Source: Burkholderiales bacterium
Lineage (GTDB): Bacteria; Bacillota; Clostridia; Christensenellales; SZUA-584
DNA: 64,000 nt
Assembly (NCBI GenBank): GCA_050260375.1
Contig: JBLNCA010000045.1
Coordinates: forward strand, 12,423 to 76,422
Reading direction: 5' to 3'
The position numbers and the translations under genes were made by a program. Below the pieces are notes generated by a model. The model was not told the DNA's origin. It searched no databases and saw only the letters and a list, made by a program, of their open reading frames with translations. How positions within the stretch are numbered: position 1 is the stretch's first letter; each line of letters begins with the position of its first letter. Positions 39,724 to 49,290 of this stretch are shown here, piece after piece.

Positions 39724-40917
39724 ATGGTAACTGAAATTCATGCAAAACGGGGAACTGCGCTTAAACTGCTGATATGCGCGGTTCTGGCATTGGGACTGGC
39801 GCTTATGCCCGGCATTAAGACAGCGCGCGCGGACGGTGGGCTGGAGATAAGCACCTCGTATCCCGGAATCACCGTGAAAGCAGGCACGGACGCGACGTTT
39901 ACGCTCAAGGTGGCAAACAACACCGGAACGCCGCAGAGCATAGGGCTGGCCGTGAAGTCCGCCCCGGAAGGGTGGACGACGTCAATTACGGGCGGCGGAA
40001 ACCCGATAACCAAGGTTTACGTTGACAACGACAGCTCACAGAGCCCCACGCTTACCGTTTCCATTCCCGCCGACACAGCCGAAGGCAAGTATGAGGTAGT
40101 GGTGGAAGCGACGGGCGAGACAGGGGCAACTGACACGCTGACCCTTGAGCTTAACGTCAGCGAGCAGGAGATAAAGCAGGGTACGTTTACCACGCAATAC
40201 CCCTCGATACAGGGGCCGAGCACGGCAACGTTCCAGTTCTCCACTACGCTTACCAATAACAGCTCGGAAGATCAGTCTTACAGCTTAAGCGCTAACGCTC
40301 CCAAAGGCTGGAAGGTAAGCTTCACCGCGTCCGGACAGGACCAGGAGATAGCGAGCTTAAGCGTAACCGCGGGCGGCAGCGCGACAATAAAAACTACGAT
40401 AACGCCCGTTTATAACGCGACCGCGGGCAAATATACTATAAACTGCGCCGCGATATCCGCGAAAGACACGCTTACCGTAGATCTGGAAGTCGAGATAACG
40501 GGCACATATAGCCTTTCGCTTACATCCGAAAACGAAGTGCTTACCGCCGACGCGTACGCAGGCAGGGAAACGCCAATAAAACTTACGCTCACCAACACTG
40601 GCAGCGCCGATATATCGGGAGTCAAACTCACGGCCACGCAGCCTACGAACTGGTCGGTAATATATGACCCCGCAGAGATAGCCACTATTAAGTCCGGAGA
40701 AACAAAAACGATAACGGCTTACGTAAAAGCCGCGAGCGACGCGATAGCAGGCGACTATCTCGTGACATTTACCGCTTCCGCGCCCGAAACGCAGAGCCAG
40801 AGCAGCTTCAGGATAGCGGTAAAAACGTCTACGACGTGGGGGATAATAGGCATCGCAATAATACTCGTGCTCGTTGCCGGGCTTATAGTGATGTTCATGA
40901 AGTTCGGGAGACGATAA
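39724..40917 (+). CDS. NEW3/CARDB-like repeat cell-surface protein with C-terminal TM anchor
   Basis: Signal peptide, three repeats of the F.L.V.N.G...V.L....P.GW type, terminal TM + KFGRR; ATG 39724 after AAGGAGG. Confidence 0.75.
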   Translation: MVTEIHAKRGTALKLLICAVLALGLALMPGIKTARADGGLEISTSYPGITVKAGTDATFTLKVANNTGTPQSIGLAVKSAPEGWTTSITGGGNPITKVYVDNDSSQSPTLTVSIPADTAEGKYEVVVEATGETGATDTLTLELNVSEQEIKQGTFTTQYPSIQGPSTATFQFSTTLTNNSSEDQSYSLSANAPKGWKVSFTASGQDQEIASLSVTAGGSATIKTTITPVYNATAGKYTINCAAISAKDTLTVDLEVEITGTYSLSLTSENEVLTADAYAGRETPIKLTLTNTGSADISGVKLTATQPTNWSVIYDPAEIATIKSGETKTITAYVKAASDAIAGDYLVTFTASAPETQSQSSFRIAVKTSTTWGIIGIAIILVLVAGLIVMFMKFGRR

Positions 40918-40919
40918 GA

Positions 40920-41864
40920 ATGGCCGAGATAATAGTAAGAACAGAGAATCTGACAAAAAAGTACGATGATCTGGTGGCCGTCAACGATCTTAATCTAAAG
41001 ATAAGGGAAGGCGAGGTGTTCGGGCTTTTAGGCCCGAACGGAGCGGGCAAGACCACGACGATACTCATGCTGCTGGGGCTTACCGAGCCCAATTCGGGAA
41101 AGGCGGAGATATTCGGGCGCGACTGCACGCGCGACCCTATTGGGGTAAAACGCGTCGTCGGCTACCTGCCCGACAGCGTAGCGTTTTATGACGACCTTAC
41201 GGGCAGGGAAAACTTAAGGTTTACCGGCGAGCTTAACGGCATACCGCGCAAGGAGCTCGAAGAGCGTATCGACATGCTGTTAAAGCGTGTGGGCATGGAA
41301 AGCGCCGCCGACAAAAAGACGCGTACATATTCGCGGGGCATGACGCAGAGGCTGGGCATAGCCGACGTGCTGATGAAAGACCCCAAAGTCGTAATACTGG
41401 ACGAGCCGACGCTGGGCATAGACCCGGAAGGCATGAGGGAACTGCTCATTATGATAAAGGACCTGTCCGTAAAAGACGGCCGGACGGTGATAATCTCCTC
41501 GCATATGCTTTACCAGATACAGCAGATATGCGACCGCGTAGGCATATTCTATAAAGGCAGGTTGGTGGATTGCGGCACCATAGACGAGCTTGGAGCTAAG
41601 ATGCGCGAGCATGAGATTAAATCCATCGAGTACGCCGCCTCGCCCGATAACGTAGAGCTGAAAAGCATGCTCGAAGGCATAAAGGGCGTGGAGGAAGTAA
41701 CGCAGGAGCGCGGCATTTATGTTGTCCATTCAAAAGACGACCTGCGCGGAGCTCTAGTCGACGAGACGATAAGGAAAGGCTATTCGCTTCGCCACCTTAA
41801 GCTGCGCGGCGGAGACCTTGAGGAGATATACAGGCGCTACTTTGAAAAGGAGGAGGCGGTATGA
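40920..41864 (+). CDS. ABC transporter ATP-binding protein
   Basis: Walker A GPNGAGKTT, signature YSRGMTQRL, Walker B VILDEP. Confidence 0.92.
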   Translation: MAEIIVRTENLTKKYDDLVAVNDLNLKIREGEVFGLLGPNGAGKTTTILMLLGLTEPNSGKAEIFGRDCTRDPIGVKRVVGYLPDSVAFYDDLTGRENLRFTGELNGIPRKELEERIDMLLKRVGMESAADKKTRTYSRGMTQRLGIADVLMKDPKVVILDEPTLGIDPEGMRELLIMIKDLSVKDGRTVIISSHMLYQIQQICDRVGIFYKGRLVDCGTIDELGAKMREHEIKSIEYAASPDNVELKSMLEGIKGVEEVTQERGIYVVHSKDDLRGALVDETIRKGYSLRHLKLRGGDLEEIYRRYFEKEEAV

Positions 41865-42904
41865 TGGCGTCGCAAACGATAAAGCAAAAGTGCAGAAAGC
41901 TGTTTGAGCTGCTGTTTGTGGATAAGCCGGACGAGCACGCAGAGTTCAGGAAAACCGGGCTGCGCGCGCTTTACCGCAAAGAGCTTGTCGATTATTTCCG
42001 GAGCAAGCGGTTTTTAATAGCGCTGATACTCATTTCGGTTATAGCGCTTTACAGCGTATACAGCGCGGGCGAGGCAATAAAGAGCGCCATTGCGGCCGGA
42101 GGCTCCGGCCAGACCACGCAGGCATACAGCATACTCAACCTGTTTACCGAGAGCGGCTCTTCATGGTTTTCGCTTACGTTCTTCATGTCGTTTTTAGGGC
42201 CTATCGTGGGCTTGACGCTCGGGTTTGACGCGATAAACGGCGAACGCTCGAAGCGCACGCTGAGCCGTCTGCTCGCGCAGCCTATTTACCGCGACGCGGT
42301 CATAAACGGCAAGTTCCTTGCCGGCGTTACCGTCATAGCCATAATGGTGTTCTCGCTGGGGCTCATAATATCCGGGCTCGGCATTTTAATAACGGGGCTG
42401 CCGCCGACGCTTGACATATTGGGGCGTATACTCGTGTTCATGATATTTACGACGGTATACATCTCGTTCTGGCTAGCGCTGTCTCAGCTTTTCTCGCTGC
42501 TGTTCCGGCACGCCGCCACGTCGGCGCTTACGGGCATAGCGCTGTGGCTTTTCTTCGCTATATTCCTCGCGATGCTCGCGGGGCTTATAGCCAACGCCGT
42601 TTACCCGGTAAACGACACGTCGTCGACGGAAATGCTTATGAACAACTACAACCTTAATAAAGGCTTAAGCCGCCTGTCGCCGACTACGCTGTACACGGAG
42701 TCGTCGTCGGTGATACTCGATCCTTTCCAGCGCGGCATAGGAGCGGTGACGCAGGCCCAGATAGACAGAGCTATAGTGGGAACGCTGCCTTTAGGGCAGA
42801 GCATGCTGCTCGTGTGGCCTCACTTGACAGGGCTGCTCGCGTTGACTATGATAGTTTTTGCAATATCATACATCTGTTTCATGAAACAGGAAATAAGGGC
42901 ATGA
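41861..42904 (+). CDS. ABC-2 type transporter permease
   Basis: Overlaps ATPase stop by 4 nt; 6 TM with large first loop. Confidence 0.8.
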   Translation: MMASQTIKQKCRKLFELLFVDKPDEHAEFRKTGLRALYRKELVDYFRSKRFLIALILISVIALYSVYSAGEAIKSAIAAGGSGQTTQAYSILNLFTESGSSWFSLTFFMSFLGPIVGLTLGFDAINGERSKRTLSRLLAQPIYRDAVINGKFLAGVTVIAIMVFSLGLIISGLGILITGLPPTLDILGRILVFMIFTTVYISFWLALSQLFSLLFRHAATSALTGIALWLFFAIFLAMLAGLIANAVYPVNDTSSTEMLMNNYNLNKGLSRLSPTTLYTESSSVILDPFQRGIGAVTQAQIDRAIVGTLPLGQSMLLVWPHLTGLLALTMIVFAISYICFMKQEIRA

Positions 42905-42919
42905 TATGCGTGTAAAGCG

Positions 42920-43471
42920 ATGAGGGCAAACGAGAGCATTGCAGTTGCGGAACATAATAACGAGCCTTGGAAGGCTCCCGCCGCCGAAACTCTTGATTAC
43001 CTGATGAGGCGCTTCGGCGGCCAGGTGATGAGGCTCGCGTATTACCATGTGCGCGACAGGTTCATTGCGGAGGACATATTCCAGGAAGTGTTCTGCCGCG
43101 TCTATTTAAACCTCGACAAGTTCCGCAAAGACAGCTCGTATTTCACATGGATATACCGTATAACGGTCAATTTGTGCCGGGATTATAAAGCGTCCGCCTA
43201 TTTTCGGCGGATGCTGCCTTGGCACGTCACGGAAATGAAAACGCCCGAGGAAGCGGGTTTGTTCGAGTCCGCCGAAGGCGGCGAGGTTTTCGCGAAGGTG
43301 ATGAAGCTTCCGCAGAAATACAGGACGGTAATAGCTCTTTACTACTTCGACGAGCTTACGACGCCCGAGATAGCGGCAAGGCTTGGTATAAACGAGGCGA
43401 CAGTCAGGACGCGGCTCAGCCGCGGCAGGGCCATGCTGCGGCAGAGCATAACTTATGGGGAGCAACAGTGA
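42920..43471 (+). CDS. ECF (sigma-70 group 4) sigma factor
   Basis: Region 2 (AEDIFQEVFCRVY...FTWIYRITVNLCRDY) and region 4 (ELTTPEIAARLGINEATVRTRLSRGR). Confidence 0.9.
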   Translation: MRANESIAVAEHNNEPWKAPAAETLDYLMRRFGGQVMRLAYYHVRDRFIAEDIFQEVFCRVYLNLDKFRKDSSYFTWIYRITVNLCRDYKASAYFRRMLPWHVTEMKTPEEAGLFESAEGGEVFAKVMKLPQKYRTVIALYYFDELTTPEIAARLGINEATVRTRLSRGRAMLRQSITYGEQQ

Positions 43472-44403
43472 ACAGCGAAGATTTGGAGAAAACTTTATAC
43501 CGCGGCAAAAGCGAATCGGAAGCGTTCTTTTCGGGCTTTGACTACGCGTCGGCAAGGGAAGCCGTGCACAGGCGCATATCCGGCGTTGCGGCGAAAAGGC
43601 AAAAGCCCTTATGGCCGTTTTCGCTCAAAGTAGGGTTTGTGGCCGCAGTGATGTTAAGCGTCGCGGCGATATTGCTTGCCGTCGTGTTTACGACGCATAG
43701 GGGAAGCATAGACAGCGTCGCGGTATCTTCACAGACGGTTTCGCTTGACAGTGAAAACCGGGACTACCTATTAAACTACTTCAAGGTAAAAGAGCCAAGG
43801 AGCTCGGAGCCGGGGCTTTTAAGCGTGCTTTGGGAGCTCGGCGGCGACGGCTCGGAGATGGTATACAGCACAGTATTCAATAAGTGCAGCGAGCCGTACC
43901 CCGCAATGGCGATACCGTTCCCCAAGACTAGCCGCAACCTGATACTGATATTTTCCGGCGACAGCAACAGGAACTTTATAGACTACAGGCTCATTGGCTA
44001 CAGCGGCGACTCGGTGAAAGTATGGTGGTCGCAGGACTCCGTCGAGGGCGGCGACCTCGACGTAAGGGACGGAGTGATAGTGGAAAAACGCTATACGGGC
44101 GCTTACGGCTTAGTTGTGTCGCATATAATTCCTTATGATACGGAAGCGACGGGAGAGGTTACGCTGCCAGCGCAAGCCGTGCGGCTCAGAGTCGGCGAGC
44201 TTATACTGCTCGTAGGCAGCGAATCTGAAATGCTCGAGGTATCTTCGCCGAACGGCCTTTTCGAGCGGATAGAACGCGGAGGAGAAGTGTACGGCTACGA
44301 TGAGGCGCTCGCTTACAAGGCAAAAGCCGCGGGCGACGACGTGCTGCTGCTCAGCAAAGAGGGAAGAGAAAATACATTTCTCGAAGTAAGCGTAACGGAA
44401 TAA
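43468..44403 (+). CDS. Putative anti-sigma factor (single-pass membrane protein)
   Basis: GTG 43468 overlaps sigma stop; short cytoplasmic N-term, TM (VGFVAAVMLSVAAILLAVVF), extracytoplasmic domain. Confidence 0.6.
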   Translation: MNSEDLEKTLYRGKSESEAFFSGFDYASAREAVHRRISGVAAKRQKPLWPFSLKVGFVAAVMLSVAAILLAVVFTTHRGSIDSVAVSSQTVSLDSENRDYLLNYFKVKEPRSSEPGLLSVLWELGGDGSEMVYSTVFNKCSEPYPAMAIPFPKTSRNLILIFSGDSNRNFIDYRLIGYSGDSVKVWWSQDSVEGGDLDVRDGVIVEKRYTGAYGLVVSHIIPYDTEATGEVTLPAQAVRLRVGELILLVGSESEMLEVSSPNGLFERIERGGEVYGYDEALAYKAKAAGDDVLLLSKEGRENTFLEVSVTE

Positions 44404-44429
44404 TGCTCAAAACTTAAAGAACAATATGT

Positions 44430-44455
44430 AAGCGGAATTCATCCGCTTTTTATTT
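44430..44455 (+). terminator. Rho-independent terminator
   Basis: AGCGGA-attca-TCCGCT then TTTTTATTTT. Confidence 0.7.
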
Positions 44456-44610
44456 TCCCTTAAATTAAGCAGAATTGAATAATAAACGCTTTTTTTTGTC
44501 GGGTGGTAAGGGAACTATTGAGTCAGCTATAAACAGATATAAGCGCTGAGTATGAATAAAGAGGTAAAAACAGGAGAGAATATTTGACAAAGAAGGAGGA
44601 ACTTAAGTAT

Positions 44611-44982
44611 ATGAATGACGGCGGAAAGATATTGCTTAAGGTCATAAGCGTTATTTTTATCATATTTGGCGTTATAGCGACAGTCGTTTCACTGATAGCG
44701 CTTATAACGTCTACATGGCTGGGCGTTGGATGGGTTATAGCTTTAATAATACTGCTCATTTCCAGCGTAATAGAGCTTGTAATAGGATTCATAGGCCTTA
44801 AAAAGAGCGACGACCCCTCGCAGGCGAATTTCTTTATCGTTACCGGACTGGTATTGGTCATACTGATGTTCGTAAGCATGATAATGAGCTTCTCGGCATG
44901 GAACCTTATAGGCTTCGCTCTGCCCGTGCTTTATATAGTAGGCGGATATATGATGCGCAACGCACAGAGCAGGAAAGCCTAG
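44611..44982 (+). CDS. Small 4-TM membrane protein
   Basis: ATG 44611 after AAGGAGG; no family recognised. Confidence 0.6.
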   Translation: MNDGGKILLKVISVIFIIFGVIATVVSLIALITSTWLGVGWVIALIILLISSVIELVIGFIGLKKSDDPSQANFFIVTGLVLVILMFVSMIMSFSAWNLIGFALPVLYIVGGYMMRNAQSRKA

Positions 44983-45041
44983 ACGTTCAAGCGGTAAAAA
45001 ACAGCGCCCTTCGGGCATTCCTTAAGGGCGCTTAAGCGTAC

Positions 45042-45404
45042 TCATATAAACAAGCCGGGGTTTATCAGCAGCACCGATATCCAGGATATATGCGACACGT
45101 TTATAACGACGTATGCCATAAGCGCGGCGACAATGAGCACATTCGCTTTCTTTAACTGCTCAGCGGTGGCTTTCTGCATCCTGAAATAGAGGAAGGAAAG
45201 CAGCGCGGCAGGTACAAGGCTTTTTACGAGCAGAGCGGCGGCCCTGTTGCCCACGAACATTGCTGCGACAGGGTTGGCTTCCACGAAAAGCCCCGTGCCG
45301 CAGAGTATCAGCGTGAATACTATGTCGGTGACATTCAGTATAAATATCATCACCATCTTGTTTTTGATATCGCCTAATGAACAGCACTTCAGAAACGAGA
45401 TCAT
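45042..45404 (-). CDS. DUF5658-like membrane protein
   Basis: LNVTDIVFTLILCGTGLFVEANPV motif; ATG 45404 after AAGGAGG. Confidence 0.65.
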   Translation of the reverse strand: MISFLKCCSLGDIKNKMVMIFILNVTDIVFTLILCGTGLFVEANPVAAMFVGNRAAALLVKSLVPAALLSFLYFRMQKATAEQLKKANVLIVAALMAYVVINVSHISWISVLLINPGLFI

Positions 45405-45438
45405 ATTGACGCCTCCTTGAAACATGCAAAAAAGCCGT

Positions 45439-45564
45439 TATTTACACCCCATCAAACCTGACGGTTTGCCGGGAACCCCATATTTACACCCCATCAAACC
45501 TGACGGTTTGCCGGGGACCCCATATTTACACCCCATCAAACCTGACGGTTTGCCGGGGACCCCA
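45439..45564. repeat. Tandem array of three 42-bp REP-like units TATTTACACCCCATCAAACCTGACGGTTTGCCGGGGACCCCA
   Basis: Units 45439-45480, 45481-45522, 45523-45564; one substitution (GGGAACCCC) in unit 1. Confidence 0.9.
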
Positions 45565-45803
45565 TATTAAGGTGCGTATGAGCCGTGTAAAGTGCTGTGA
45601 ATTTATACTGTGAAAATTGATTAAAAGTGATATGAGGCTTTGCCGTTTCGCGCTGCCGATACAGCCCGTGCGTTTCGCCGGAGCGGGCTGTATGCAGCGA
45701 GCATATGCATATTATACCATAAGATGGCAGTATCGCAAATATATTTTTGTATTTATCTGATATATGCGGTATAATTCTTAAATAATAGCATTTGGAGGTC
45801 TCA

Positions 45804-46883
45804 ATGGGTTCAAAGGTTCTTTTTTCATCTGTAGAATACGATAAGCTTGACGCAAAGCAGACGCTGCCCTCAAGGTTTGAGCGGCTTGTCGACGCGATGG
45901 GGCTAAAGGACGTAGTAAGCGGCAAGTGGACGGCGGTAAAGATGCACGTCGGCAGAAACATAGGGGTAACCACCATACATCCGCTTTACGTGAAAATATT
46001 GATTGACAAGCTAAAATCCTACGGCGCCAAGCCGTTTATTACCGACCAGGTCATAGAGGACGCAAGGTCAAGAGGTTACACCGAAGAATTCCTCGGCGTG
46101 CCTATAATTCCCGTATGCGGCACCATGGGCAAGTACGTGTACGAAAAGGAAGTGGACTTCCGCACGTTCAAAAACGTCGACATAGGCGGCAACATACACG
46201 ACGCCGAGGTGATGATAGACTTATCGCACATAAAAGGGCACGGCTCCTGCGGATACGGGGGAGCGTGCAAGAACATAGCGATGGGGTGCGTAACCGACAG
46301 GACGCGCAATCAGATACACTCGCTGGAAGGCGGGCTTTTGTGGGATGAAGAAAAATGCACGCACTGCGAGGCGTGCATCTCAAGCTGCAACCACTATGCA
46401 AACAGCTTTGAGGACGGCAAGTATACCGTGTCTTATCACGACTGCACCACATGCCAGCATTGCGTAAAGGTGTGCCCGACGGGTGCGATATCGCTTGACT
46501 CGCATAACTACACGGACTTCCAGACGGGCATGGCTCTGTGCACCAAGACCGTGCTTGATACGTTCGAGCCGGGGCATGTTTTTTACATAAACTTTCTTAC
46601 AAACATAACGCTTGTTTGCGATTGCTGGGGCCTGTCGACGCCGTCGCTAGTGCCTGATATAGGCGTAATGGCGTCAACGGATATCGTCGCTATAGAGCGC
46701 GCCTGCCTTGACGCGATAAAAACCGAAAACCTTATACCGGGCGGACTGCCGCAAGGGCTTGAGCTTGGCGCCGAAGGGCACCTGTTTGAACGCATACACG
46801 GCAAAAACCCTTATATACAGCTTAGGGAACTCGAAAAGTGCGGGCTGGGTACGCAGGAATACTATATCGAGCAGGTTGAATAG
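45804..46883 (+). CDS. DUF362 protein with two 4Fe-4S ferredoxin motifs
   Basis: AVKMHVG... DUF362 N-term; CTHCEACISSC and CTTCQHCVKVCP clusters; ATG 45804 after GGAGG. Confidence 0.8.
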   Translation: MGSKVLFSSVEYDKLDAKQTLPSRFERLVDAMGLKDVVSGKWTAVKMHVGRNIGVTTIHPLYVKILIDKLKSYGAKPFITDQVIEDARSRGYTEEFLGVPIIPVCGTMGKYVYEKEVDFRTFKNVDIGGNIHDAEVMIDLSHIKGHGSCGYGGACKNIAMGCVTDRTRNQIHSLEGGLLWDEEKCTHCEACISSCNHYANSFEDGKYTVSYHDCTTCQHCVKVCPTGAISLDSHNYTDFQTGMALCTKTVLDTFEPGHVFYINFLTNITLVCDCWGLSTPSLVPDIGVMASTDIVAIERACLDAIKTENLIPGGLPQGLELGAEGHLFERIHGKNPYIQLRELEKCGLGTQEYYIEQVE

Positions 46884-47227
46884 CCCCGAACAATTCTTCC
46901 CGAACAATTCTTAATGTACTCTCCAAGCGGCCATGTTAACAATAGCAAATATGGCCGCTTTAGCTTTGGGCGAGTATTAACCGCTTGAGTCCGCCGGAAG
47001 CGAAAACAACTCAAGAGGTTATTGCACTGCGCTCCAGGCGCCGCTCTCTTCAAACGCCGCGACGGTCATTATTACAATAGCAGCCGCCTTACCCATATGC
47101 ATTCCTCTCAATTTGATATCGGATTTCATAATTCTTTAATGTTCGGTAGCGCATCTAAAAGGATTAAAGTGCGCGGCATAGAAATAAATACTATGTAATT
47201 TTACTTAATATAAAGAAGGAGAAAGCT

Positions 47228-47854
47228 TTGAAGACTATACTTTGCTACGGAGACTCGAACACATGGGGGTATATACCGGGCACGGGGGAACGCTTCGGCC
47301 GGGAAGTCAGGTGGTGCGGCGTGATGCGCGAAAAGCTGGGCGGGGGATACGTCGTCATTGAAGAGGGCTTAAACGGCAGGACTACCGCTCACGATGACCC
47401 GCAGGAAGCATACCGCAACGGCAGCGATTATCTTCCTCCCTGTCTTGAAACGCACAGCCCCATAGACCTTGTCATAATAATGCTGGGCTCGAATGACATA
47501 AAAACAAGGTTCGGCTTTCAGGCAGAGGACATAGCAGGAGGAATGGAGAAGCTTCTCGGGATAATAAAAAACAGCGGAGCGGGCCCGGAGGGAAAAACGC
47601 CTCGCATACTGCTGCTCAGCCCTCCGCATGTAAGCCCGCATACAGAGCTGATAGACTTTATTGACAGATACGAGGTATCAAAGCGGCTGGGCGCACTCTA
47701 TGAACAGCTCGCCGGCCGGTACGGCTGCAGTTTTCTTGACGTGTCCACTGTCGTAGGCATCTCCGACTTGCCCGACGGCCTGCACCTTAATGAAAAAGCG
47801 CACGCTGCGCTCGGCAGCGCTCTTGCCGGTATTGTAAAAGAGATATTGGGGTAA
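47228..47854 (+). CDS. SGNH/GDSL hydrolase (arylesterase-like)
   Basis: YGDSNTWG block I, GxND, DGLHLN block V; TTG start after AAGGAG. Confidence 0.8.
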   Translation: MKTILCYGDSNTWGYIPGTGERFGREVRWCGVMREKLGGGYVVIEEGLNGRTTAHDDPQEAYRNGSDYLPPCLETHSPIDLVIIMLGSNDIKTRFGFQAEDIAGGMEKLLGIIKNSGAGPEGKTPRILLLSPPHVSPHTELIDFIDRYEVSKRLGALYEQLAGRYGCSFLDVSTVVGISDLPDGLHLNEKAHAALGSALAGIVKEILG

Positions 47855-47910
47855 CGATTGGGGGCTGAAAAAAAGCGAAGCTAAACAGCTTCGTTTCTGT
47901 TGATATTTAA

Positions 47911-48444
47911 TTAAGTCAGTTTGAAGTATGGAAGAAAAATTGTTTGGCAATCGCTATAAACTGCAATTAAAACTCGCGAAATCCTTATGTCATATCCACC
48001 GAATATATGTTCATCTTGTGCCTTTTCTTCTAATTCTTGATTTTCTAGCGGTTCGGGATTTCCAACGCCTTGAAGAGAAAACAATATCATGTTTAACTTT
48101 TTCTTAATTAATTCTGATTCTGGTATATTAAATAAAAAATCAACACTATTCAGAAGATTTTCACACAGCCGCATATTCCTTCCAATATTGCTTTCATTGA
48201 AGAAACTATCATCAAAAATGTCTTTAGTTAAAAAACTATATACTTTATATCTTTTATCAAAGAGTGTTAATTTTATTTGGGTGTCTTGTACTTCCTTTTG
48301 TTGTACATATGACAGTTCACTTAGTTCATTTGATTTTTCAGAAATCTTGTTCGCTTGTTTTTCCAACTTTATTGTCACTATGATTAACAAAATTGATATT
48401 AGTATTTGTGCTATATCGGCTACTGTAAAGTTTAACAAATTCAT
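47911..48444 (-). CDS. Orphan TM-anchored protein in AT-rich island 1
   Basis: N-terminal TM (IAQILISILLIIVTI), coiled-coil segment, no recognisable family; composition visibly much more AT-rich than flanks. Confidence 0.6.
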   Translation of the reverse strand: MNLLNFTVADIAQILISILLIIVTIKLEKQANKISEKSNELSELSYVQQKEVQDTQIKLTLFDKRYKVYSFLTKDIFDDSFFNESNIGRNMRLCENLLNSVDFLFNIPESELIKKKLNMILFSLQGVGNPEPLENQELEEKAQDEHIFGGYDIRISRVLIAVYSDCQTIFLPYFKLT

Positions 48445-48570
48445 ATATGACCAACCTTTCTAATAAAAATAATTATTACTTAAAAAGTTCAAACAACCAG
48501 TATGGAAATGGTTGTCTTTCTATCCCTAAGCATAACTTATTAAAGACGGGAGAACTTTTAGCCGTTACAC

Positions 48571-48600
48571 TCCTTCAAGCGAAGCTGACTTAAATGACAG
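48571..48600. repeat. Isolated arm of the MITE-like element (reverse orientation)
   Basis: TCCTTCAAGCGAAGCTGACTTAAATGACAG is close to the reverse complement of the 8876 copy left arm. Confidence 0.6.
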
Positions 48601-48704
48601 CATATACTTTATTGACAGTTTCAGTTTTTTTGATAAGAAACGCCTAACAAACCGCATAACAGTTCATAAACGGCGGTTTGCTTTGGCTATTGTATTTTAT
48701 TCGG

Positions 48705-49097
48705 TCAAGAATTGCGCCTCATCTTAAGCTTCCTTATCTCGAGTATCTTGGAAAGTACGGCTTCAAGATTGAGCGGTTTGATGAAAAAGAAATCTGCGCC
48801 AAGCTCCAGAGCCCGCCTTGTTACCTCCTCGCTTCCCAAAGCGGAAACGACGAGCACTTTTGGCCTTTCTTTTTCAGACGAGATTCTTCGCAACACTTCC
48901 AGACCGTCGACGCGCGGCATAACGAGATCCAGAAGAAGTACATCCGGGCGGGTTTGCCGCAACAGCTCCACTGTTTCAGCCCCATCTGCCGTAATGCCTA
49001 CTATATTGATATTGGGATTGAGAGACAGATAATCGCTGAACAGTTTTGTGAACTCGCTGCAATTATCAGCGAGCAGAACGTTTATTTGTTTCATCAT
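48705..49097 (-). CDS. Stand-alone Spo0A-like receiver domain (no DNA-binding domain)
   Basis: VLLADN...PDVLLLDLVMPRVDGLEVL...KVLVVSALG...GADFFFIKP; ORF ends after about 130 aa. Confidence 0.8.
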   Translation of the reverse strand: MMKQINVLLADNCSEFTKLFSDYLSLNPNINIVGITADGAETVELLRQTRPDVLLLDLVMPRVDGLEVLRRISSEKERPKVLVVSALGSEEVTRRALELGADFFFIKPLNLEAVLSKILEIRKLKMRRNS

Positions 49098-49290
49098 GTC
49101 TCCAATATATATAAGATTATATATAGAGTTTAGCATATATGTTTAATAATTACAACCATAAAATTACTGTCGATATTTATCATATTATATAATATCAAAA
49201 AATCTTTGATTGCCCGAAACACGGCGTTCTCACCTATTTTTAGAGCCTTAATATAATAAATGAGAAGGCGATAAAAAGGAGGATAACGTT

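Noticed and set aside
45439-45564. The 3x42-bp tandem array as a possible mini-CRISPR
   Set aside because: The units are directly adjacent with no unique spacers, there are no cas genes in the window, and the unit belongs to the dispersed REP-like hairpin family.
45536-45976. 146-aa minus-strand ORF
   Set aside because: It starts upstream of and antisense to the DUF362 gene start and ends in the REP array (stop at 45536). There is no RBS and the composition is odd, so it is spurious.
47030-47140. Small minus-strand ORF (MKSDIKLRGMHMGKAAAIVIMTVAAFEESGAWSAVQ) between the DUF362 and SGNH genes
   Set aside because: The RBS is weak or absent, no family was recognised, and nothing supports it from sequence alone.
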